Assembly (NCBI GenBank): GCA_029564025.1
Contig: JAKQQT010000075.1
Location: 13,185-77,184 of the forward strand
Direction: 5' to 3'
Length of the DNA: 64,000 nucleotides
Source of the DNA: Armatimonadota bacterium
GTDB taxonomy: Bacteria > Armatimonadota > DTGP01 > JAKQQT01
The position numbers were made by a program, and so were the translations under genes. This document shows positions 1-8,826 of this stretch, piece by piece; position 1 is the first letter of the stretch; each line of letters opens with the position of its first letter. The notes under the pieces are model-generated. The model saw only the letters and a program-made list of their open reading frames with translations. It had not been told where the DNA came from and made no database searches.

Positions 1-70
1 CGCCCCGGACAACCGGAGCGTTCCTGATGAAACCCAATCTACCGACCGCGAGCGTGACGGGCGGACGTAA

Positions 71-1072
71 TCAGTCGACTTCACGTCTGGCAAACATGCG
101 CCGTGCGGCGTCGCAGTCCGGTTGCCAGCCGGAACCGTGGATACGACCCGGCAGAATCCCGGTTGTTACGTTTCCGTTGATTTCCCGTGCCAGGCGGCTC
201 AGGGCGATGATTTCGCCGGAGGTCAGATCCGTGTGCAGATGCTCGCGAACAGATCGGACCACCGACGGCAGTGCGCCGATCGATGTGGGGCGTGCGGCTT
301 TCACCGCGAACGCCCGAACGAATTCCTGTTGACGACGCGACCGGCCGATGTCAGCCGTCGCATCGTGCCGGAAGCGGACATACTGCATCGCATGCTCACC
401 ATCCAGAACCTGCTCTCCGGCGTCCAGATCGATGTGCAGATTCCCCCAGTTGTCATCGTAACGCATAGGCTTTTCGACGTTGACCTTGACTCCGCCGATG
501 GCGTCCACGGCTTCGCGAAAGCCGTCCAGATCAACCGCAACAACCCGGTCAACGGGAGCGCCGATCAGTTTCTGTACACTGGTTCGCGCCAGTTCCGGCC
601 CGCCGAGGGCATACGCCGCGTTGATCTTCCGGTGCCCGTATCCGGGGATGTAAGCCCGGGTATCTCGTGGAATCGAGCACATATGCACCTTGTGTTCCAC
701 CAGATTGATGTCGGCGATAATCATCGTGTCGGCACGCCCGGGGCGGTCCAACCTTCTGCCTTCGGGAGTGTAATCATGATCGGCGCCCAGCAACAGCACG
801 CGAACCGATCGGCAACCGAAGGTCTCTTCAGGAGATGCGCCGGGCAGAACCGCCGCGGCCGCGGAACGAATCCAGGGCGAGAAGGCGAAACCGAGCAACA
901 GGGCAAATATACCGGAGAAAAACAGGAACCGAAGAAACTTGCGCAGAGCAGAGGCGCGACGGCGGCGATGGTTCCGCCGGGGTTGCCGAAGGACAACGTC
1001 CGGGATGGGATACTCGCCCTTCAACCGGTGGCAGGCGACAGGCAAATTGAGGCCAGATGAAACGGTCGGCAT
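71..1072 (-). CDS. LytR-CpsA-Psr (LCP) family cell-envelope glycopolymer transferase
   Basis: ORF 71..1192(-). The extracellular part has an LCP-like run: RVLLLGADHD...GRADTMIIADI...SIPRDT...KINAAYALGGPEL...VAVDLDGF. It is preceded by a basic stretch and one TM helix (FLRFLFFSGIFALLLGFAF). I placed the start at the internal ATG 1072 (MPTVSS...); it could be as far upstream as 1192. Confidence 0.8.
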   Translation of the reverse strand: MPTVSSGLNLPVACHRLKGEYPIPDVVLRQPRRNHRRRRASALRKFLRFLFFSGIFALLLGFAFSPWIRSAAAAVLPGASPEETFGCRSVRVLLLGADHDYTPEGRRLDRPGRADTMIIADINLVEHKVHMCSIPRDTRAYIPGYGHRKINAAYALGGPELARTSVQKLIGAPVDRVVAVDLDGFREAVDAIGGVKVNVEKPMRYDDNWGNLHIDLDAGEQVLDGEHAMQYVRFRHDATADIGRSRRQQEFVRAFAVKAARPTSIGALPSVVRSVREHLHTDLTSGEIIALSRLAREINGNVTTGILPGRIHGSGWQPDCDAARRMFARREVD

Positions 1073-1369
1073 GTTCAGACAGGGTCTCCAGAGACAACAG
1101 GGGTACAATGTGTTATCTGGTGTAGTGTGAATCCTTTTTAGGGGACGAGTGAACAAGCACGGGGTGACTATCTGCGATACACATTGTAACACCCACGCCT
1201 GACGCTGTGTTCCGTGCGGAAAATTAACGGAACCTGTAACACGGGAAACGACGACTGAAGTTACGGAATCCGATGGTGTCGTAACCCGGTGCCAAACCGT
1301 TCCGTACTGCCTTTTGGTTGCTTAACCGGACCTTTGCTATTCTAGAACAGATTGTTACGGGAAGGATTT

Positions 1370-2566
1370 GTGGGCTTGAAACTCGGACTGGTTCGTTTTG
1401 CCGACAGGAGAATCGGAATTCCGCTGTGCTGGGCCGTATCGCACGGCCTCAGACCTCCTGTTCGTCCGCACCCGCCGGGAGATCCCCGCCGCATCCTTCT
1501 TATGAAATGGGTGGGGTTCGGCAACCTTGTGCTCGCATCGCCTGCCATCTCCGCCATCAGGCGCCGTTATCCGCTCGCCGACATCACGTTTGTCACGCTC
1601 TCCGCAAACCGGGGTCTTCTGGAACGCTTCCCCGATCTGGATCGTGTCTACTACTTCGATGTCTCGGGCCTGAAAAGCGTGGCCAGGGAGACCGCAAGGC
1701 TGATCGCTTTTCTGCACCGGGAACGATTCGACCTGGTCATCGACTTCGAGCAGTTCAGTCGTTACTCCGCCATTATGACGGGCCTGAGCGGCGCTCCCGT
1801 CCGCGTTGGTTTTGATACCCCGGAACAGAATCGCGCCGGTGTTTACACCCACCCGGTACGGTACCGGGATGGCGCGCACATGGCGGACGTTTTCGGCGAT
1901 CTGGCAAGAACGCTGGAAGGAGAGGTTGACGCCCGTCAGTTGATCGCTCCCGTTCTCGTCGAAGATGACATAACGCGCGCTGAAGTTTTCATCGCGGAGG
2001 AAGCGCTGAAAGCCGGGGAATTCGTGATCCTGCACCCCGGAACCGGCCTTAATGCTCCACAGCGCCGGTGGCCGCCGGAGCGTTACGCCGAACTCGCGGA
2101 CCGCATTGCCGCCGACACAGGATTATCCGTGGTGCTGAGCGGGTCGCCTTCCGAAAAGGCATTGCTGGAACGCATCAACGGCCTTGCCCGCACATACTGC
2201 TCGCTGACGGCCGGACGGCTGAACCTCGCCGGCTTCGCGGCATTGATGCAAAAATCGGCCGTTCTGGTGTGCAGTGACTCCGGTCCTGTCCATCTTGCCG
2301 CGGCGCTGAACGTTCCAACAGTGGCACTCTACGGACCGAATTCACCCGAATTGTACGGCCCGGTCGGTTCCTGTAACACAATCCTCTGGAAACGCCTGCC
2401 TTGCAGTCCCTGTATCACCAACCTGAACGACAAGTTGACCCACTGCCCGCACGGCGAATGCATACAGCAGATAACCGTTGAGGAGATCTACCTTGCCATC
2501 CGGCGACACCTCGCCCGGCGCCCCGAAACCAGGCCTGCCGGAGCAAGTACCCAGCGACTGGTATGA
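1370..2566 (+). CDS. Glycosyltransferase family 9 (ADP-heptose:LPS heptosyltransferase-like)
   Basis: GT9 hallmarks: RILLMKWVGFGNLVLASPAISAIRRRYP, ILHPGTG..RRWPPERYAELA, VVLSGSPSE, VLVCSDSGPVHLAAALNVPTVALYGP. The ORF opens at TTG 1352. GTG 1370 has a GGAAGGA Shine-Dalgarno 4 nt upstream, so I used it. Confidence 0.8.
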   Translation: MGLKLGLVRFADRRIGIPLCWAVSHGLRPPVRPHPPGDPRRILLMKWVGFGNLVLASPAISAIRRRYPLADITFVTLSANRGLLERFPDLDRVYYFDVSGLKSVARETARLIAFLHRERFDLVIDFEQFSRYSAIMTGLSGAPVRVGFDTPEQNRAGVYTHPVRYRDGAHMADVFGDLARTLEGEVDARQLIAPVLVEDDITRAEVFIAEEALKAGEFVILHPGTGLNAPQRRWPPERYAELADRIAADTGLSVVLSGSPSEKALLERINGLARTYCSLTAGRLNLAGFAALMQKSAVLVCSDSGPVHLAAALNVPTVALYGPNSPELYGPVGSCNTILWKRLPCSPCITNLNDKLTHCPHGECIQQITVEEIYLAIRRHLARRPETRPAGASTQRLV

Positions 2567-3371
2567 CCGCGAGTATTACCTCCGCAACATGGAGGGCGGC
2601 GAGATTTTTCGCTCAACGGCAGGCCGCAAGGTTACGCCGCGCCATGCGAAACTTCTCGAAATCGCGTCTGTCAGACCGGGTGAACGCGTCCTGGATATCG
2701 GTTGCGGGCGCGGAGAACTCGTCCTTCAAGCCGGCCTGAAGGGCGCCGTCGCCAAAGGTGTCGACTACTCCTCGGCCGCCATCGATCTCGCCAAAGAAGC
2801 GCTGGCCACCTATGACGAAGAGTATCGTTCGCGCGTCTCTTTCGCCGTCGGCGATGCGGTTCAATTGACAGGAGCCGACGAGAGGTTCGACAAGGTTTTC
2901 TTCGTCGATGTTGCCGAGCACCTGCATCCCCACGAACTCGAAAGCGCGTTACGCACCATCCGGGAACTCCTGAGTCCGGACGGACGCCTGATTCTTCACA
3001 CGGCTCCGAACCTGCTGTTCTACCGCTACGCGTATCCGGTGATTCGAGCGTTGTACCCGCTGATTCGCCGCATTTTCCCCGCCGCCGCGGCCCTTGCCCG
3101 CACCAAACCCAACTGGCAGGGAGACACCCTGCCGAAGAATCCGGAAGAAGGCCAGGGCTACAATGAACGTGTGCACGTGAACGAACAAACCCCATTTACG
3201 CTGAAAAACACACTGCGGAAGTGCGGGTTCGACTGCCGTCTGCACATGATTCCCTTCCTGCGCCAGGTGGACAGCGCTTCATTACGAGTGCTGTACTCCA
3301 CACTCGCAATGTGGCCGTGGTCGTACATCGGGTGCGCGGAAATCGTGGCCGTCTGCCGTCGAAGAAGATGA
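2478..3371 (+). CDS. Class I SAM-dependent methyltransferase
   Basis: SAM-binding motif I VLDIGCGRGELV, acidic loop GVDYS, post-I/II FDKVFFVDVAEHL and LLSPDGRLILHTAPN. The start is uncertain: TTG 2478 would overlap GT9 by 89 nt, and the next in-frame ATG is 2589. The stop overlaps the next gene in an ATGA. Confidence 0.8.
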   Translation: MRRSTLPSGDTSPGAPKPGLPEQVPSDWYDREYYLRNMEGGEIFRSTAGRKVTPRHAKLLEIASVRPGERVLDIGCGRGELVLQAGLKGAVAKGVDYSSAAIDLAKEALATYDEEYRSRVSFAVGDAVQLTGADERFDKVFFVDVAEHLHPHELESALRTIRELLSPDGRLILHTAPNLLFYRYAYPVIRALYPLIRRIFPAAAALARTKPNWQGDTLPKNPEEGQGYNERVHVNEQTPFTLKNTLRKCGFDCRLHMIPFLRQVDSASLRVLYSTLAMWPWSYIGCAEIVAVCRRRR

Positions 3372-5038
3372 CATCCGCCGGGAACACCATTTCCTCTCCA
3401 CCCGAACCCGGTGCCGCGAACCGGGAGTGGCGCGCTGTTCTGCTCCTTCTGTTGCTGACCATCGCGGTATGGATTCCCTATCGCCATACGATGCGGTACA
3501 TGGCGCTGAAAGACCCTGACGCGCAGGACTACGCCCAGATTGCCCGCAATGTCTATGAAGGACAGGGATTCAAGACCGACGTAATGCCGCTCTGCGGCCT
3601 GGTATGGCGTCAGGAAACCGGTCGGCAAGGTGCCCCCTGGTGGAACGTTCACCGTTTCCCGTTCCCATCGGCTGTCCAGGCGGCTCTGTTTCACATCATC
3701 GGGCCTACCGATCTGGCGGTCAGCCTTTCATCCGCCCTGTTCTTCTTCGCGACGATACCTCTATTGTTCGCGTTCGCGCGCAGGCTGTTCCCGTTCCGCG
3801 TCGCCTTTCTGGCAACCTTCCTGTTCGCCTTGTCCGGAGGCGAGTTCAAGACGTCCATCTCGGGATTGACCGAACCGGCGGCTATCTTCTTCTTTCTGGC
3901 AACTCTTTATCTGGTTGTGTGGCCGAGGGGTTCGTGGAGTTACGGTCTTGCCGGCGCGCTGACGGGAGTCGCTTTTCTGAACCGTTACAGCATTGTGCTG
4001 TACGCCCTCCCCCTTCTGTTCTGGATCTTCAAAACCTCCAAACGACCGTATTTGCATCTCGCAAGTTTCATACTTCCGGCGGCGATTGTGGTCGCACCGT
4101 GGCTTGTGCGAACGTACCTTATCGCCGGCGACCCGTTGTTCTCCCTGACATCGGCACTCATGGCGCGGTACCTCTCGCTGGCAAGTCCCCGAACCCATGA
4201 CTGGTACCAGTTCGTGTACGTAAAACCTTCGGAATTCTGGCTGGGGCATCCGGGCTGGACCTTGTTGAAATGGGTCAAGATGACCGCCGACCTGTGGTGG
4301 TTTAAAATCACCACCATCGGAACGATGGGTTGGCTATTCACCTTCTTCGTCGTCGACATCCTGAGGCCGTACAACGGACTCGCCGCCCGTTTGCGAAGGT
4401 TTCTGCTGGCCACGTTCTTCCTGCACTTTCTGACGTTCGGCCTGCTCTCGAACATCGCGCGGTATTATGCGGTCTTCACGCCGTTTCTGTATCTCTTCGC
4501 GGCGGACGCAATCGTCTGGATAATCGCGGCTCTCCACCCCACCTTAACGAAGGGTCAAAAGTGGATGGCGTTGTTTTTCCTCGTGCCGATGCTGTTCAAG
4601 TGGGCCACCATAGCCGGGCCTCCGGAACGGCCGAAAGAACACGACACCTGGGTGGAGTGGCAACCCGACAACCAGAAGTGGATCCGCGAGAATACACCGG
4701 CAGATGCTCTGATCGTCAGCGATGTCCCGTGGAGTGTCGCCTGGTTCGCGGACCGGCGATCCGTACCGATTCCGCCAACCCCGGACGACATGAACCGCTT
4801 CCGGGAATTCAACCTTCAACCGGACGGAATCTACCTGATGTCCCCGCACCTGCGCATGGGTGTTCCTGAAGGCTGGGATAAATGGCGCGAAGTCCGGTTC
4901 GGAGGGACAACCATCCCGGGCTACCGGGTCGCGGCCGTCCTCAAGGGCCAGGCCGTGTACTTGGAGCGCATCCCCGCCTCGCAACGGCTGGCCGGACAGG
5001 CGTTATCCCGCGCCCGTGAAAAATTACCCTTAAAATGA
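3368..5038 (+). CDS. ArnT/PMT-like GT-C membrane glycosyltransferase (GT39/GT83-like)
   Basis: About 12 predicted TM helices. The N-terminal loop motif DAQDYAQIARNVYEGQGF is typical of dolichyl/undecaprenyl-phosphate-sugar dependent GT-C enzymes, and there is a soluble C-terminal domain. The start ATG 3368 overlaps the methyltransferase stop (ATGA); the longer ORF from 3221 is rejected. Confidence 0.7.
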   Translation: MTSAGNTISSPPEPGAANREWRAVLLLLLLTIAVWIPYRHTMRYMALKDPDAQDYAQIARNVYEGQGFKTDVMPLCGLVWRQETGRQGAPWWNVHRFPFPSAVQAALFHIIGPTDLAVSLSSALFFFATIPLLFAFARRLFPFRVAFLATFLFALSGGEFKTSISGLTEPAAIFFFLATLYLVVWPRGSWSYGLAGALTGVAFLNRYSIVLYALPLLFWIFKTSKRPYLHLASFILPAAIVVAPWLVRTYLIAGDPLFSLTSALMARYLSLASPRTHDWYQFVYVKPSEFWLGHPGWTLLKWVKMTADLWWFKITTIGTMGWLFTFFVVDILRPYNGLAARLRRFLLATFFLHFLTFGLLSNIARYYAVFTPFLYLFAADAIVWIIAALHPTLTKGQKWMALFFLVPMLFKWATIAGPPERPKEHDTWVEWQPDNQKWIRENTPADALIVSDVPWSVAWFADRRSVPIPPTPDDMNRFREFNLQPDGIYLMSPHLRMGVPEGWDKWREVRFGGTTIPGYRVAAVLKGQAVYLERIPASQRLAGQALSRAREKLPLK

Positions 5039-5055
5039 AGGTAAACGTTTTCCTT

Positions 5056-5071
5056 TGGCCCGTTTCTTGCT
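5056..5071 (+). promoter_or_regulatory. Candidate sigma-54 (-24/-12) promoter for the PEP-CTERM gene
   Basis: TTGGCCCGTTTCTTGCT versus consensus YTGGCACG-N4-TTGCW. GG (5057-5058) and GC (5069-5070) have the canonical 12-nt register, with one mismatch (A->C in the -24 box). It lies 61 nt upstream of ATG 5131, which has a GAAGGAGG SD. rpoN and an NtrC-type activator are present in the window. Confidence 0.55.
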
Positions 5072-5130
5072 GTAGATTGAAGGTGAATCACCTGCCGGGC
5101 ACGGCAGGAAAGAAGGAGGCAAGTAAGCTT

Positions 5131-5883
5131 ATGTTACGTAAACTTCTGCCGATCGTCGCACTGCTGGGCATCGTTACAGCGGCGTATGCTCAGGATATCC
5201 GAGCGATTCCGCGCATGTGGAACGATGTACCGACCTCCGAACTGTCCTGGTACAAGGGTGGAGACACAATCGGTTTCTCCGACCAGAAGTTGAGCGCTCC
5301 CACAGGCTGGGCCAACCGCCACGATTGGCGGCTGACGAATCCGGACGGGTCGCCTCTTCTGATCGGACCCACTGATTACTTCATGCTGGAAATGGACATC
5401 ACCTCCTATGGTCCTGCCGCGCACGAAGCCGGCCTCATCACCATAGGCGGACCGCCGATGGACTGGGCGGACGGGCGCATCATGGTCCGGCCGTCTGACG
5501 GCGAAGTGTCCTGCTGGGGCGGGGTCTCGCCGTTCTATATGTTCGGCAAAAATATGTATTCGACCGGCGTAACCGCGCATGTCGGACTGTTGTACACCAA
5601 CGAGGGCGGCCTGAACGGCGTGCACTATATGTACAACGGAATTGACAGCGGCTTCCTGCCGTTCACCAACCTGGAGCAGGGGCTCTTCCCCAACACCCAG
5701 ATTGGCGGATACTTCCAGGCGCTCAACAATCCGAACAACCCGGATAACGGCGCCGCTATCGTATTCAGCAACATCCGGTTCAACGGCCAACCTATCAGCG
5801 CGGCCTCCATACCGGAGCCCGGCTCCCTGGCACTGCTCGGGACCGGACTGGCGGGCCTTTTAGGTCTCCGCCGTCGACGCTGA
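5131..5883 (+). CDS. PEP-CTERM sorting-domain protein (secreted, exosortase substrate candidate)
   Basis: The C-terminus IPEPGSLALLGTGLAGLLGLRRRR* has the PEP motif, a TM helix and an Arg cluster. N-terminal signal peptide MLRKLLPIVALLGIVTAAYAQ. The body is unrecognised and beta-rich-looking. The start ATG 5131 is preferred over ORF start 5035 on SD and signal-peptide grounds. Confidence 0.85.
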   Translation: MLRKLLPIVALLGIVTAAYAQDIRAIPRMWNDVPTSELSWYKGGDTIGFSDQKLSAPTGWANRHDWRLTNPDGSPLLIGPTDYFMLEMDITSYGPAAHEAGLITIGGPPMDWADGRIMVRPSDGEVSCWGGVSPFYMFGKNMYSTGVTAHVGLLYTNEGGLNGVHYMYNGIDSGFLPFTNLEQGLFPNTQIGGYFQALNNPNNPDNGAAIVFSNIRFNGQPISAASIPEPGSLALLGTGLAGLLGLRRRR

Positions 5884-5895
5884 GTACCGGCTGAG

Positions 5896-5927
5896 AGGAC
5901 TTGCCGGTGCCCCGGCAAGTCCTTTCA
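5896..5927 (+). terminator. Intrinsic terminator-like hairpin after the PEP-CTERM gene
   Basis: AGGACTTGCCGG (5896-5907) / CCGGCAAGTCCT (5912-5923) form a perfect 12-bp stem with a 4-nt loop, followed by TTCAC (short U tract). Confidence 0.55.
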
Positions 5928-5988
5928 CACCGGTTAGTTGCAGACGGAACTGACCAGATTTGTCAAGCGTGCCACCGGAGGCAATGTC

Positions 5989-6852
5989 ATGTCCGCCGGA
6001 AACGTGAGATCGCCCGCCGTCGCGGGCTTGTTCTATCCTTCTTCCGCCGACGAACTGAAGAAGGTTATATCTGCCTGTTTTGAAAGCCCTTACGGCCCAG
6101 GCGCCCTGCGTCCGAACGCCGCCCCTGCCGCCTGCGTAGCGGGGCTGATGTGTCCGCACGCAGGCTACGTTTATTCCGGACCAACCGCCGCTCACGCCTT
6201 CGCCGCGCTTTCAGCCTCTCCCACCCCCGAAGTGGTTGTCATCATCGGGCCGAACCACCGAGGGCTGGGTTCTCCACTGGCCGTACCGGAATGTTCCGCC
6301 TGGCAGACGCCGATCGGGACCATGCCAATCGACACCTCCTTGCGCTCAGCGCTGTTGCAGGCCGCGGCCGGGGTTTCGGAGGACGATGTGGCTTTCCAGA
6401 GCGAGCATTCGCACGAAGTGATGTTGCCTTTCCTGCAGGTGGTCTGCCACCCGGAAGTTCCCATCCTGCCCATCGCCTGGGGACGTCTCGACCTGACCGC
6501 CATTCCGTTCGGGCACTCGCTGGCATCGGTTCTGGCCGCCGATTCGCGCCGTATTCTTCTCCTTGCCAGCACAGACATGTCTCATTACGTCCCCGCCGAA
6601 ACGGCACGCCAACTGGATGGAAACGCTTTGAAACGCATCGCCGATATGGACGCGGAGGGACTTATCCGTGAAGTGCGCCAGCAACGCATCACGATGTGCG
6701 GCGTGGCGCCAACGGCCGTTGTGATGACGGCGCTGAGCACGAGCAACGCCTCAGCCGAAATCCTCGCCTACGGCACCTCCGGAGATGCAACCGGCGACCA
6801 GCGCAACGTGGTGGGTTACGCCGCCGCCGTGTTCCGCACCGCTCGCGCGTAG
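5989..6852 (+). CDS. MEMO1 family / AmmeMemoRadiSam system protein B
   Basis: Family motifs: AGLFYP, CPHAGYVYSG, VVIIGPNHRG, EHSHEVMLPFLQ, STDMSHY, CGVAPT, AYGTSGD. The start ATG 5989 has a GGAGG SD upstream; the ORF opens at 5938. Confidence 0.8.
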   Translation: MSAGNVRSPAVAGLFYPSSADELKKVISACFESPYGPGALRPNAAPAACVAGLMCPHAGYVYSGPTAAHAFAALSASPTPEVVVIIGPNHRGLGSPLAVPECSAWQTPIGTMPIDTSLRSALLQAAAGVSEDDVAFQSEHSHEVMLPFLQVVCHPEVPILPIAWGRLDLTAIPFGHSLASVLAADSRRILLLASTDMSHYVPAETARQLDGNALKRIADMDAEGLIREVRQQRITMCGVAPTAVVMTALSTSNASAEILAYGTSGDATGDQRNVVGYAAAVFRTARA

Positions 6853-6940
6853 TTCCAGTTCGCCGATTCCGCCGCTATCCCCCAACGCCGGGTTTCCGGG
6901 AACCCGAAACCGCTTGATCGCGACATCATTATATAGAAGA

Positions 6941-6962
6941 CCGCCCCAGGCGATCGGGGCGG
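6941..6962 (+). terminator. Weak terminator-like hairpin
   Basis: CCGCCCC (6941-6947) / GGGGCGG (6956-6962) form a 7-bp GC stem. The downstream U tract is poor (ACATATAACGCTTT). Confidence 0.35.
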
Positions 6963-6997
6963 ACATATAACGCTTTACTCAGGAGGAGTCAAGATAT

Positions 6998-8599
6998 ATG
7001 GACAGTAGAGAAGGCTTCTGGAGGAAACCTGCCAACACCGTTCTGTTTGTGATCAGCGTCCTGGCGCTGGGAATTTCACTGGCGGCCTTGTTCCGCTCCG
7101 ATCCGGTTTCCATGGTCTCCGCGCAGCAGTCGGCTCTGACGCCCAACCAGAAACAGGCGCTGATTTCCATGCAGGACGGTTTCGCGGCGATCGCGGAAGC
7201 GGTGGAGCCTTCCGTCGTTCGTATCGAAGCCATCACACGAGCGACCGAGTCGACCGCCAAAGCCGACAGAGGCGAATCCTCTCCTGAAGGCACACTGGTG
7301 ATTCCCAATCCGTTCGACCTGTTCCGCCAGAACCCGACCATCCCGCAGATTCCAACGCCGCAGGGTGCCAGCACCGGCAGTGGTCTGCTGGTCAAAGTTG
7401 ACGGCAAAACAACGTATATCCTGACCAACAACCACGTGGTCGACAATGCCAACGTAATTCGCGTTTACCTGGCCGGGCAGGACAGGAACAGCGTGGTCGG
7501 CAAACTGGTTGGCCGCGACGACAAGTCGGACCTTGCGGTCATCAGCATCCGGACTCCCGCCGGCGTAACGGCCTCCACCTTGCCGAAACTGGGTGATTCT
7601 TCCAAAATCCGCGTCGGGCAGTGGGCCATCGCCATCGGCAACCCGTTGGGTGTTGGTGAAACGCTGACCGTTGGAGTCATCAGCGCCACCCGCCGCGAGC
7701 TAAACCGAGTGGAAGGTATTCGCGACTACCGCGACATGATCCAAACGGACGCCTCCATCAATCCGGGCAACTCGGGCGGTCCGTTGGTGAATATCCACGG
7801 CGAGGTGATTGGTATCAACACGGCGATAGCCAGTTCCACGCGGGGAAGCATTGGACTCGGATTTGCTATTCCAATCAACGCCGCCCGGGCGATAATGAAC
7901 GAAATAATCGAGCACGGCGCCGTGGTGCGCGGATATCTCGGCGTTCAAACATCCAACCAGAACCGGGTGTTGGACGAGGATCTCAAGAAGTTCTACGGCG
8001 TTCAGCACGGCGCCCTTGTTGAGATGGTGAATCCGGATACACCCGCCGCGAAGGCAGGCATCAGGCCGGAAGACGTGATTATGTTCTGGAACAACCAGAA
8101 GATCGAGGATTTTGACGGACTCGAAGCGGCCGTAACCGGCACTCCGCCCGGACGCCAGATTCCGGTCAAGCTGATGCGCAATGGAAAACAGGTGACCGTA
8201 ACGGTTACAACAGCCAAGCGTCCCAGCGAAAGCGATCTGCTTGCTTCCGGCGGCTCGGGAGCTGTCGAACCCGAGGAAGACAATAAAGAGTCGGTTCTCG
8301 GCGGAATGGGCATGACCGTCTCGCCGTTGCGCCCGGCCGATGCCAAGGCGTTGAACATCGATGAGAATATTAAGGGTGTTCTGGTTACCAAGGTTGATTT
8401 TGGTGGTCCGGCGGATATGGCGGGTCTGACCCGGGGAACCCTGATCCTGCGCGTCGGCCGCACGGAAACGCCCACGGTGAAGGAGTTCCGCGAGGCGACC
8501 AAGGACCTGAAACCCGGCGATTCCGTAATCCTTCAGATCAACCGGCCGGTATCCGCCAATCAGCGGTCCAATGCCATCACCAAACTGACGCTGGAGTAA
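6998..8599 (+). CDS. HtrA/DegP-family periplasmic serine endoprotease with two PDZ domains
   Basis: N-terminal TM/signal. Trypsin-fold triad contexts LTNNHVV, SDLAVISI and TDASINPGNSGGPLVN, followed by two PDZ-like segments. Strong SD AGGAGGAG upstream. Confidence 0.9.
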   Translation: MDSREGFWRKPANTVLFVISVLALGISLAALFRSDPVSMVSAQQSALTPNQKQALISMQDGFAAIAEAVEPSVVRIEAITRATESTAKADRGESSPEGTLVIPNPFDLFRQNPTIPQIPTPQGASTGSGLLVKVDGKTTYILTNNHVVDNANVIRVYLAGQDRNSVVGKLVGRDDKSDLAVISIRTPAGVTASTLPKLGDSSKIRVGQWAIAIGNPLGVGETLTVGVISATRRELNRVEGIRDYRDMIQTDASINPGNSGGPLVNIHGEVIGINTAIASSTRGSIGLGFAIPINAARAIMNEIIEHGAVVRGYLGVQTSNQNRVLDEDLKKFYGVQHGALVEMVNPDTPAAKAGIRPEDVIMFWNNQKIEDFDGLEAAVTGTPPGRQIPVKLMRNGKQVTVTVTTAKRPSESDLLASGGSGAVEPEEDNKESVLGGMGMTVSPLRPADAKALNIDENIKGVLVTKVDFGGPADMAGLTRGTLILRVGRTETPTVKEFREATKDLKPGDSVILQINRPVSANQRSNAITKLTLE

Positions 8600-8619
8600 C
8601 CGTACTCCGGACGGCTACG

Positions 8620-8661
8620 GCCCGGCGGCGAACACAAGGCTTCTCCGCCGGGCTTCTTTTT
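8620..8661 (+). terminator. Rho-independent terminator after htrA
   Basis: GCCCGGCGG (8620-8628) / CCGCCGGGC (8645-8653) stem, followed by TTCTTTTT. Confidence 0.75.
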
Positions 8662-8700
8662 ACCCCGGAAAGTTTTCACGGCATACCGGTGAGTGCTAGC

Positions 8701-8781
8701 ATGTTGGTGATGTTACTCACTTGGAACACCTCTGTCCGTCGTCGTTCGCGTCGCGATATTCCGCGGATCTTTCCCGCGTAA
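8701..8781 (+). CDS. Putative Arg-rich leader peptide (26 aa) of the arg operon
   Basis: ATG TTG GTG ATG TTA CTC ACT TGG AAC ACC TCT GTC CGT CGT CGT TCG CGT CGC GAT ATT CCG CGG ATC TTT CCC GCG TAA translates to MLVMLLTWNTSVRRRSRRDIPRIFPA. A GGTGAG SD-like element lies 7 nt upstream. Five Arg codons fall within six codons, immediately upstream of argB and of a terminator hairpin. It is too short to appear in the ORF track. Confidence 0.5.
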   Translation: MLVMLLTWNTSVRRRSRRDIPRIFPA

Positions 8782-8826
8782 CAGCCGCGCGACCGGAACG
8801 GTCGTTCCAGCGCCCGAATGTTATGA

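Noticed and set aside
1286-1302. Perfect TGGCAC on the - strand (GTGCCA at 1289-1294) upstream of the LCP gene.
   Set aside because: The -12 position reads TTACG, with no GC dinucleotide at the required spacing.
5035-5130. Upstream ATG at 5035 (ATGA overlap with the GT-C gene) as the start of the PEP-CTERM protein.
   Set aside because: It would place 32 non-signal residues before the signal peptide and read through the sigma-54-like promoter. ATG 5131 has a GAAGGAGG SD and starts a canonical signal peptide.
8688-8720. Inverted repeat GGTGAGT...ACTCAC around the leader-peptide start, considered as an ArgR-type operator.
   Set aside because: It has only 6-bp arms with a 20-nt spacer and does not resemble known ARG boxes. 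It may at most modulate leader SD accessibility.
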